From Amoeboradix gromovi X-113 (taxonomy: Eukaryota; Fungi; Sanchytriomycota): a DNA stretch of 8,605 nucleotides. Positions 1 to 8,081 of this stretch are shown one piece after another (the stretch's first letter is position 1; every line of letters begins with the position of its first letter). A program made the translations under genes and the position numbers. Under the pieces are notes generated by a model. It searched no databases and was not told the DNA's origin. It saw only the letters and a program-made list of their open reading frames with translations. The stretch lies in assembly GCA_018985225.1 (NCBI GenBank), contig JADGIF010000436.1:1-8605 (forward strand), given 5' to 3'.

Positions 1-277
1 GCAAAGCATTCATTCAGAACTCTCAGGAGAAAACAAGTGCTAGACCTTTGCAGATGCAAAGACATCCGGAACAAAATGTTTAATGGCCTCTACAAACATT
101 GTGAATCTATAGGACTGTACGAGCACAATGCCTTGGTCTTGCAAATAAGTACTCGACACAGATGGGTAAAAGAGTACTCGAGGAAACAATTCAATTACAA
201 ATTTATATCAGAAGTAAAGGTCTTCCATATAGATAAGATTAAGCCAATATCATGATAAAATATAACGGTTGGAAGGG

Positions 278-556
278 TCAACGAGTTCTATAAGATATAC
301 TTAATAAATGGTTTGATTTTGTACTTCGTTCCATTGTTTGTGTTAAATTAAATTCAAAATCATCAATAAAATTCCAGCCTTTTAATCCAAATCCCTGAAG
401 TTGATTTTCCAAATCTGCAATATCATCTTCTTCCATCATGATAGTCTTGAATTTCATTATCGTCTTCAATTTCTTTGATATTATTGTACTTATTAAACCG
501 TCACTCGACATCATATACCTATACTCTTTACTCATTTCTTCACTCTGCGACGGCAA
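278..556 (-). pseudogene. Protein-like ORF fragment of unknown family (possible exon or decayed gene)
   Basis: 92-codon ORF with charged, helical-looking composition (FKTIMMEEDDIADLENQLQGFGLKGWNFIDDFEF). No diagnostic motif, and neighbouring frames are broken by stops. Confidence 0.25.
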
Positions 557-952
557 ATGAATATCTTTTCATATGAAGATTGCAGGGTACCTTGGTGCAA
601 AAAACAAGTGTCGGGAGATTGTTCAAATGTATTCAAATGATGTTAGTAAGATATACACAATTGCGCCTGATATTTTATTGGAGTGGTCAATGCCTCTTTT
701 GTCACGACAGCATCAAATGATTTCAGTTTTGACACTTTATCTTCCCACCTGACATTCAGTATTTCTAGATGCTATATTACCAGAAGCATTTATGGAGCAG
801 TTTGACAAGTATCTTGATTATGAATTGGTCTCGCAGTATCAACGACTTAGTTTCTCATTTTGTCTACCATTGTTATGTCTCAAGTATTGAATGACGCTGA
901 GATTGTGCAAAGAGAAAGCAGTTGAAGCGATTGTCTTCCAATATCAAAGAGC

Positions 953-1038
953 AAGTGAAGACTTGTCAAATAATAAAGTGGAAGACTTGTCAAGTCGATA
1001 GTGGATCAAGTGGAAGAATTGTTAAAGTGGAAGAAGTG
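953..1038 (+). repeat. Degenerate direct repeat, 4 copies of ~18 bp AAGTGGAAGACTTGTCAA
   Basis: AAGTGAAGACTTGTCAA 953-969; AAGTGGAAGACTTGTCAA 976-993; AAGTGGAAGAATTGTTAA 1008-1025; AAGTGGAAGAAGTG 1025-1038. Translates as SEDLS/KVEDLS/QVEELL/KVEEV. Confidence 0.8.
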
Positions 1039-1150
1039 ACATTCAATTGAATTCCAATACTTGTTATATATCAAATTTAAGATGCAAAAAAATAGTTTTA
1101 TTGACTTGTTAATTAATTGCGCTTTGTATGTCTACACTTGCTGCAATTTA

Positions 1151-1405
1151 CACCCAAAACCATTGTTCATAGTAGATTCTGCAGAAAAAGATGACAAGTC
1201 AACACTCTTGTATAATGCAAGAGATATCTTGGATGGTAAAAGGAAGATCTCACAAGGATTCCATTATTATGAAAAATGGAGGTTTGAATTTACCCATCAT
1301 CTTAAAAACTAGCTTATAGATGCTATAGGAAAGAGATCTGAAAAGTACCTCGACAGTAATTTTTTAGATGAAAAGGAGGATGGATACCTATTCCAAAAGA
1401 AATAA
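1151..1405 (+). pseudogene. Decayed coding fragment with a Walker-B-like motif (possible P-loop ATPase remnant)
   Basis: One frame reads HPKPLFIVDSAEKDDKSTLLYNARDILDG...HHLKN*LIDAIGKRSEKYLDSNFLDEKEDGYLFQKK*, continuing protein-like past a single TAG at 1310-1312. LFIVD (1163-1177) fits hhhhD. No Walker A motif is visible. Confidence 0.25.
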
Positions 1406-1606
1406 TAATTCGTAATATAGAAACTTTAAACCATTTTGAATAAATTAGAAATCATGTACATTTTGTAATACTGTTTCATTTCTAAATGGAAGGAAATCCT
1501 CAGGGCAAGATTCCAACTTTATTCGCGAGGTCCAAACCCGTTTGTTTTGTTTACTTTTTTGTCGTCTCCGTGTACCTTGACTTTGTCATACACTGTCTCA
1601 TGTCAA

Positions 1607-1909
1607 ATGGATTCATTTGAGACACTAAGAGCTAAAAAAGAAATCTCTATTTCATCTTCTTGTAACAATGACATCATCAGAGAAATGAAAAAGCTTTCAG
1701 TAGATGAAGTAGAATCAGTTATTGCTGCAGTCAAGGATGAAAGCGACATCCAACGTTTAGCCAAAAAACTTGGAATTGATGAAGAAATGTCAAATAGTGA
1801 GATGAAAAAGACTATCAAGAAAATGAGTCTGGACAACTTGCACATAAAAAAATGGGTTCAAAGGCTAGTGGAAACACGCTTTTCGTCTCCAATACGCATG
1901 TGGTCCTAA
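1607..1909 (+). CDS. Hypothetical 100-aa charged, probably all-helical protein (or a single exon)
   Basis: ATG at 1607 in caaATGg context, preferred over the TTG at 1547 whose extension looks non-coding. Purine-rich coding-like bias and an amphipathic K/E-rich sequence (LSVDEVESVIAAVKDESDIQRLAKKLGIDEEMS). No recognisable family. Confidence 0.5.
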   Translation: MDSFETLRAKKEISISSSCNNDIIREMKKLSVDEVESVIAAVKDESDIQRLAKKLGIDEEMSNSEMKKTIKKMSLDNLHIKKWVQRLVETRFSSPIRMWS

Positions 1910-2168
1910 TGTGTCATTTTATACAATTTGGTACCCTTTGTGATTTCAGACTAAAATATGCCAAAGACGTCTAATAATTGTTTGAGTAATTTTATTGGTT
2001 TAAAAATTTATTTTATCAACAAAAGACTTGCACAGATTTCAGAAGTGACGTGTTATTTTCAATTTTCCTACCAATCAAATTGCTCGAAAACTTTAAAGGA
2101 GGTAACTAATAAATTACAATTTAATCATCACATGGGACACCAAATATAAAAACTAGACTAACTCGTTT

Positions 2169-2578
2169 TTATAGGAGGTGCTCCATACGGAGGATATCAT
2201 TAATAAAAGATCTTCTACTATACCAAGACTCTTTCATTGATTGTATTCCTCTTTTCAAAATAAAACTACAAGACCCTACATCTCTCTCAAATATATGAGG
2301 TCTTTGAGTGTCTAAGCAAAAGGTGCATTTTCTTAGACCGTACTCTTTTCTAGAGTCATTTAATGTTATACTGACATCATTACTCTTGTCTATTCTAGTT
2401 TTTACAGACACTGCATTTCTTTGAAGTGAAATCTATGAACAGTCTCCCTGACTCTTGTCTTGCTGAATTTCAGCTTCTTTTTAACTGCTCCAACCGCTGC
2501 ATCTTCTTCAATGTCAGTGCCCGGCTTTTTCTTCTTTGATCTATTGGTGTATGAAAGCTTTTGCTTTCTCTTGGTCAT
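2169..2578 (-). pseudogene. Two overlapping minus-strand fragments, possibly one frameshifted gene for a basic protein
   Basis: 2578-2402 encodes MTKRKQKLSYTNRSKKKKPGTDIEEDAAVGAVKKKLKFSKTRV... (58 aa, NLS-like). It overlaps the 2411-2169 ORF in another frame, which contains a lone CxxC (KCTFC). Confidence 0.3.
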
Positions 2579-2943
2579 AACTCTATTAGAAAAGGTCTCT
2601 ATTTATATGCAATACAGTTCTTTCTGGATAGTTCTTACATGAAAATATGCCCTATTATGAATTAGTATTATGAATCAGAGTGCTAGTCTAGTTTCTACAG
2701 AGTAAGAGAAAAGCTGTACAGAATATTTACTTTTGAAATTCGATACAAAAAGTTATTTATTTTCCTTTCATACTCGTCAACTCCGCAACTAGCTGAATGT
2801 CCACTCGCCTGCCGGCTGATAAAACTCACACATCAGAATCATAGTTTCTAAAATGAGCGATTCTCTACTAAAAACGGCTGTTAATATCTTCATTGAACCT
2901 AATTGCCTCCTAACTGGTTGGATCAGACATTTGATAAATCCCT

Positions 2944-3429
2944 ATTCTAGATTCCATAGGCACTGGTGGAAGAGAAAAAACATATCTGATTGTGAAGACT
3001 ACAAAGAATCAATGAAAGCAGTTGCTGATGGAGGAAGCGAAACTGCGATAACTTCAAAGTTCGATTCTACTGATAAGTTTTCTATTAAAAAACCTACATC
3101 CTAGCATATGATCTAATTAAAATGATTCTATTAGTTAAATTCAGTTTTGAAAATGAAAATGAAAATCGAGCACTAGGTGCTTGTGAGAAGTACGAGTCTA
3201 GTATTGGATATACACGGGAAAAATGACAGAGATCTGGAAGGATTGGCACCTTTTCGCGATTGATGCGCCTATGTGGTGAGTGACCGAGTTTTTGGTCTGT
3301 TGAATTATCATCAAAGTAAGATATCTGGATGAACACATTTGCTTCATTTCGAGTACAAGAGATATTGTCATATTACCTTTAGTAGAAACTGCTAATTTTG
3401 GGTTTAACAAGGATCATCTGGTACAATAA
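2944..3429 (+). pseudogene. Heavily decayed eukaryotic protein kinase domain
   Basis: Kinase-subdomain-like words occur in canonical order across frames: ILDSIGTGG (2944-2970, Gly loop), IVK (2989-2997), LLMEEAKL (3022-3045, helix C Glu), LLKNLHPSI (3082-3108, cf. L-HPNI), ALGAC (3170-3184), LVLD (3198-3209, hinge), RYLDEH (3319-3336, cf. YLH), TRDI (3355-3366, cf. HRDI), TANFGFNK (3388-3411, cf. IADFGLSK). There are multiple stops and frameshifts, and motif spacing is off. Confidence 0.4.
3149..3166 (+). repeat. (GAAAAT)3 hexanucleotide microsatellite
   Basis: GAAAATGAAAATGAAAAT read directly. Confidence 0.8.
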
Positions 3430-3816
3430 ATGATGGTTGAAGAAATAGAGTTTATGTGTGATGTAATAAGAAGCAAAGAAAAGCGATGCTAAAAAGATTG
3501 AGAAAGATGGGTAAAGTATGCGGCAATCAACTTTGGAAGCACAAAGAAGAGAGAACGCTTGCAACACGATGCCTAACAATCGTGCAGTTGCGCAGTATAA
3601 TTGAACAATTCACATGATTTAAGATAAATAAATACTTTGTACTGTATCCAGAATACTTGCACATACTTTTAGCAATTAAAAGACACTCTCTATGGGTTAT
3701 TTCAGAAATATACAGCATGCCTGAATAATTAACTTTATGTGAATATATCAGCGTATCAATCCCGTCATGCCATTTTTGCGTCTGATGCATAAATCCTCTC
3801 CTATTTGAGATATCCG

Positions 3817-3836
3817 TTTTCATCATTTTTTTGTAG
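3817..3836 (+). promoter_or_regulatory. Possible 3' splice acceptor immediately upstream of the large ORF
   Basis: Pyrimidine tract ttttcatcattttttt followed by gTAG|G. The TAG (3834-3836) is the in-frame stop bounding the ORF, so a phase-0 junction would give GLSQMEKA... Confidence 0.3.
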
Positions 3837-3848
3837 GGCTTGTCACAA

Positions 3849-6800
3849 ATGGAGAAAGCCAGACTATTCACTGCCATAGGCAGTAGCAAACTTATCGACT
3901 TGCATACTCATCTTATGGGTACAGGAAATGCAGACTTTTGGTTGAATAATATACTCTTAGATGAATACAAACTGCCCTCTAATATTATGCTGAAAAATGA
4001 CAAGGAATTGAGGGTGAGTAGAGCTCCACTAGTATGGGATAAGGATACTACTGGCTGGTACGAGCGTGAGGTTGTGTGTGACTTCTTCGACGGCCTCGTG
4101 GGAGGAAGAATTGATATCGATAGTGATAAGAACCCAATTAAAATCTCCAAGACAAGTGATCTCTTAGCCCAATTGAGCCATTTCGATTTAAATTTCGAAA
4201 AAAACTTTTCCTGGGATGTTGTTTTAGTCTTGGAAGATCTAGCTAAAGCGTTTAACATCCACCAAGATGACTGGGATACTAGAGTATCTTATGTTGAGGA
4301 ACGTCTAGGTATTGGCACTTGCAAAGAAATGTTTAAGCGGTATATCATATTTAATGAGCGAGAGCAGCAACTTAATATTGTATACGGTATCACTGTAGGT
4401 GACCTTCGCGACATTTTAGCAGACAAAGACAATCAGGAAACATCAAAATCCAGACGCGAGAATACAATGGGACATCTCAGAAACGCTTTTTCAATGCTTG
4501 ATCCCCATGGAAATATGCCTCAACCCATCCACTTTCATATATTTAAGGGCGAGTTTAAGCCACAGTTTTATCCAATGCGCTACGCGCTAAAAGACTCTAT
4601 ATATTCACAAAGACTCGATATACTGACCTATCTGCTATTTTATAATTTAAAAAGATACTCTAAGATGCCAACTCGTCTTGAATATGTGGAATTCTCTGTT
4701 GGGGTAGGGGATATATGCCGGCCGTGGGTATTCGATGTGCTGACTTCGTTCGGATATGAGCATAATGGCAAGTTCAAAGGCAAGTTTAGCCGATTTCATA
4801 GCTGCTTTCCATGGATGTCGGATTGCAAGGATGATATGGTACAGCATAAGTTTCTAGCAGGATTTGGAAGAGAAAAAACGGATATTAAAGCACAATATCA
4901 ACGCGGAGGCGAATGTCTACTATTAGAAGAACCATCGTTCGCAATATCTCTAGCCATGAATGAAATAAGCTATAGCAAAGAATCAGAGCGTACTATTCTG
5001 TTTAATCCTTTGGAAGAAGATCTTAAAAAGCTCATAAGTCGATTTGAAAGCTCTTCCGATACACTATCCCACTGGATTGTCGGCCTAGACTGGTTTGGAG
5101 ATGAGAAGGGATATCCGTTTTGCACATTTGTTACCCATAAATTTGTAAATTTTGTCCAAGAGCGCAGGAAAGTTAATTCAAGGTTTGGGATCAGAATTCA
5201 TTGTGCAGAGAACATACCGACTGTAAGATCGACGTCTAATGCATATAGAATGCTATCCGCCCACATGTACATCACATATTTGTGTTTGAAATATTTGAAC
5301 TCTATATTTGGCAAGACAGACGACAGCTACCCCATACGGATTGGCCATGGCGTTGGATTTATAAACTTGTTTACGAATAAAGATGAAGAAACATCAAATT
5401 CAACTCTGTCTACAGATACTCGCAAATCTGCTATTTTGATTAATGCGATTCAGAACGATAGGTCCCTGTTTTATAATTTTCTTTTTGAAATCAATCTTAC
5501 AAGTAACAGCTTCTTGCTCTATGATAGGCTTCAATCAAAGAAGAAGATTGATTTTCCATTTATTCTATGTACAGACGATGATGGAATATGGCCAATTGAC
5601 AACTGCAAGAAAGGGCATAACGGTCATTTTTCACTGGCAGCAGAGTACTGCAATGCTATATATGATGATTATATTGAGAATAATGATACCCTCATTAATA
5701 TTATCACAAATGCACGCCATGGTAGGTTTTTTACCGACGAAGTGGATTCTGCCCAAGTTAGCATTGTCGAGAAACAGGGTAGTTTTGAATTAGAAGCAGT
5801 ACTGTTACAAGGTGAAGAGAATTCTTGCAACACTGATGAAAACTGTAGAAAAGTAGCTGAATATGCCCAGAAATGCTGCAAGTCTGATAATGCTTCAAGA
5901 GAGTCAAATTGGGAAAAAGCAGTCGAGTCAGTTATCAATACAGTGTTCAAAACTAATTCTGAAGTTTACGCAGTTATTGAAACAAATGATTCTACAGTGT
6001 TTTTCACCTCTGAATCTCCTTCATCTACAGCTTTCCTGGAAAATGCGTCTCAGTTTTTAATGGCACAATTTGAGAAGGACTCATATCCACCTAATTTGAG
6101 AGTCGAAGCATTTTGTGGGTATTTTGATTCGGAAACTGTTGCCAGAGATTGCAAGAAATTACCTGGTGCATTTAAAATTAGATGCTTCTCTAATTCATAT
6201 AAGCATAAATATTTCAGCGACATTCCTGTTAATGTTAGTATAAATAGTGCTCCGATGGATAGAGAAGGCTGCTCTTACTTTTACTGCATATGCACTCACG
6301 GTAGTATGATTACTGCTGCTCTCCATTTCATTGCAAAAAACATGGATGACGATAATTTGGCTGTGCTGGAGCATAACCTACCTACTATTGAGAACTTGAT
6401 TGTTCCATTTGCTAAACAGCAATACGAATATTACAGTGGTGGAGATGCCTTCTTCAAGGATTACAATTTGCCGAAATCGCCAAGCAAATTTCAAATCGAA
6501 TCCTCCAAATTTAAAGTTGCCCGCTGGATCGAGGATTCGAAAACAAATGCAAGATTGAAGAGTGTTCTGGAAGAAACCAAGTCATCAAGCTGGGCCGATA
6601 TTTGGAGATTTATAGATAGTTTGGAAGAAGAAAAAAAAGAAAAGACAATCAAGAGCATTGTGAAATGCTACATCGATTATAAATTGGTACCTACAGAATT
6701 TTGTATAATTACAGTGAGCAGATTACCTTCTCCTGTAGAAGAGGCTCTCGTGCCTATTGTATCTGAAAAGAACAAATTAATGTGTTGCAAAAAGGTTACG

Positions 6801-7283
6801 CAGAGTATTCCAGATAAGCCTTCTGATGCTTTGCTATATTTCCTAGAGATAGTTCTTGACATTAAACGCAACTCTTCTTATAAACGTTTCGACTATTACT
6901 TATGGAAAAATGCGTCTTTGGTATTCAAGTTTTTGAGAGAAGCAAAAGATATTAGCTCAATAAAGTTGATGGCATTTGTTAGGTTTTCTCACAAGGTAGC
7001 TCATTGGTACGATACTACAGAGGACTGGTGCTATTTGTTTGAAGAGTTGATAGAAGCAGTCGATATTCAGACACTTGATTCAAAAGACATAAGAGAATGT
7101 CTCAATGTGCTTGAGAATAGGAAGCCGTATAAATTAGGACACCCATGGCAGAAAAAGCATCTTACGGCAGAAACAAAAGAATATATCCAAGAGTTGGAAG
7201 AGAAAAATAGTAAAAGCAATGAAGAGAAAAACAAAATAAAGCCTAGTAAGAAGAACAAGAAAAGAAAAAGAAGCGCTAATTAG
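3849..7283 (+). CDS. Large adenosine/AMP deaminase-family (amidohydrolase TIM-barrel) protein with a long insertion, an unassigned C-terminal half and a basic tail
   Basis: Uninterrupted 1144-aa ORF from ATG 3849 (caaATGg; the ORF track starts at TTG 3840), ending in tandem TAG TAG. ADA-family motifs occur in order: DLHTHLMG (3897-3920, HxH metal ligands), YVEFS (4683-4697), VGLDWFGDE (5079-5105), IHCAE (5196-5210; cf. HAGE, metal His plus catalytic Glu), RIGHG (5337-5351), EINLTSN (5487-5507; cf. ExCPxSN) and CTDDDG (5568-5585; cf. NTDDP). Confidence 0.93.
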   Translation: MEKARLFTAIGSSKLIDLHTHLMGTGNADFWLNNILLDEYKLPSNIMLKNDKELRVSRAPLVWDKDTTGWYEREVVCDFFDGLVGGRIDIDSDKNPIKISKTSDLLAQLSHFDLNFEKNFSWDVVLVLEDLAKAFNIHQDDWDTRVSYVEERLGIGTCKEMFKRYIIFNEREQQLNIVYGITVGDLRDILADKDNQETSKSRRENTMGHLRNAFSMLDPHGNMPQPIHFHIFKGEFKPQFYPMRYALKDSIYSQRLDILTYLLFYNLKRYSKMPTRLEYVEFSVGVGDICRPWVFDVLTSFGYEHNGKFKGKFSRFHSCFPWMSDCKDDMVQHKFLAGFGREKTDIKAQYQRGGECLLLEEPSFAISLAMNEISYSKESERTILFNPLEEDLKKLISRFESSSDTLSHWIVGLDWFGDEKGYPFCTFVTHKFVNFVQERRKVNSRFGIRIHCAENIPTVRSTSNAYRMLSAHMYITYLCLKYLNSIFGKTDDSYPIRIGHGVGFINLFTNKDEETSNSTLSTDTRKSAILINAIQNDRSLFYNFLFEINLTSNSFLLYDRLQSKKKIDFPFILCTDDDGIWPIDNCKKGHNGHFSLAAEYCNAIYDDYIENNDTLINIITNARHGRFFTDEVDSAQVSIVEKQGSFELEAVLLQGEENSCNTDENCRKVAEYAQKCCKSDNASRESNWEKAVESVINTVFKTNSEVYAVIETNDSTVFFTSESPSSTAFLENASQFLMAQFEKDSYPPNLRVEAFCGYFDSETVARDCKKLPGAFKIRCFSNSYKHKYFSDIPVNVSINSAPMDREGCSYFYCICTHGSMITAALHFIAKNMDDDNLAVLEHNLPTIENLIVPFAKQQYEYYSGGDAFFKDYNLPKSPSKFQIESSKFKVARWIEDSKTNARLKSVLEETKSSSWADIWRFIDSLEEEKKEKTIKSIVKCYIDYKLVPTEFCIITVSRLPSPVEEALVPIVSEKNKLMCCKKVTQSIPDKPSDALLYFLEIVLDIKRNSSYKRFDYYLWKNASLVFKFLREAKDISSIKLMAFVRFSHKVAHWYDTTEDWCYLFEELIEAVDIQTLDSKDIRECLNVLENRKPYKLGHPWQKKHLTAETKEYIQELEEKNSKSNEEKNKIKPSKKNKKRKRSAN

Positions 7284-7504
7284 TAGCCCTAGTTAGTAGA
7301 TATCTGTTATTGTCACCGAGTGTTGAGAGAAACAAATTATTAGTCCATGAAGAAAGTCCAAATGGTGGAAAGCAGAGTAAATTCTTCTTTCAAAAGTAAA
7401 TTTGGGGAATGATTTCCCTCTCATTTTCATTATTATTCAGCGATGTCCCATCTCACAGATGTTGATACCAGCATTATGTCCTCTGCGCATAGGTAGATTC
7501 TATA

Positions 7505-8079
7505 TCATGTACATATAATCTGAAAGATTAAATTAAAGGCACACTGCATCCACCATATACGGCTCCCACATATGCTCCGCACCTGGGGCTGAACCTCAAA
7601 AGAGATGAACGATTTTTCGCTGTCATCATTCCCCAAGAGAATATCAAACTGTTGCACTAAATCTGAATCTGTGGCAGAAAATCGATTTTGGGTTTCCGCT
7701 GCAAAATATTGTGGTTGGGCTCTTGCTCCCCGTAAATCGTCAATAAGGCTGCTTTTTTCTTTACTTTTTGAAGTTAGCTCTAATAAGTATCTCTCAACAG
7801 AATGCGACCATTTTATAGGCTATTGATTTATTCATTACTATTGTCAAGGAGCCATTATTTTTTACATATTAGTCTCTGGCAGTTGGCTGCACTTTAAACT
7901 GTCGTACATATTTTCCAGCCTATTAATTTCCTCACACTTGTCGTAAAAACGAGTCATTGGTTCTTCTGTTTTAGCTGCGTCCTTAATTGATGCACATGTT
8001 CTACCAAGTAAGAACAGATATATTCTAGTCTACTGATTTCGTCATTTTTACCTTGCAAGCGCGTCCTTAATTCTTCTCG
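7505..8079 (-). pseudogene. Frameshifted remnant of a gene with coiled-coil-like internal repeats
   Basis: 8079-7954 reads REELRTRLQGKNDEISRLEYICSYLVEHVHQLRTQLKQKNQ*. 7957-7862 reads MTRFYDKCEEINRLENMYDSL..., which repeats KNDEISRLE. A 105-codon stop-to-stop frame follows at 7819-7505. The exact repeat GCGTCCTTAATT occurs at 7977-7988 and 8061-8072, 84 bp (28 codons) apart. Confidence 0.45.
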
Positions 8080-8081
8080 TT

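Noticed and set aside
1-255. Plus frame open from the window start to 255
   Set aside because: No recognisable motif or convincing coding bias; it cannot be distinguished from chance without upstream sequence.
591-648. Minus-strand TACTAAC branch point (648-642) with a T-tract and first AG near 592
   Set aside because: No convincing donor site or coherent spliced product could be built, and a 7-mer can occur by chance in AT-rich DNA.
573-1001. 143-codon plus frame interrupted only by two TGA codons (750, 888), suggesting TGA recoding
   Set aside because: The 1144-aa gene has many Trp residues and no in-frame TGA, so the standard code applies. The read-through product has no recognisable motif.
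953-1038. CRISPR-like array
   Set aside because: The repeats are degenerate and ~18 bp, with 0-14 bp spacers and no cas genes.
1603-2642. ORFs 1603-1845 (-) and 2460-2642 (+), which look hydrophobic or signal-peptide-like
   Set aside because: Their F/L/S richness is the antisense image of K/E-rich coding sequence on the opposite strand.
3908-7258. Nested ORFs 3908-4258, 4647-4847, 5443-5793, 5669-5950, 5863-6060, 6677-6871 and 7067-7258
   Set aside because: These are antisense or alternate-frame shadows of the large CDS with no motifs.
3849-7283. Naming the gene rdrB, add or AMPD
   Set aside because: The motifs establish the superfamily only. There is no intact RdrA partner, and the architecture matches none of these exactly.
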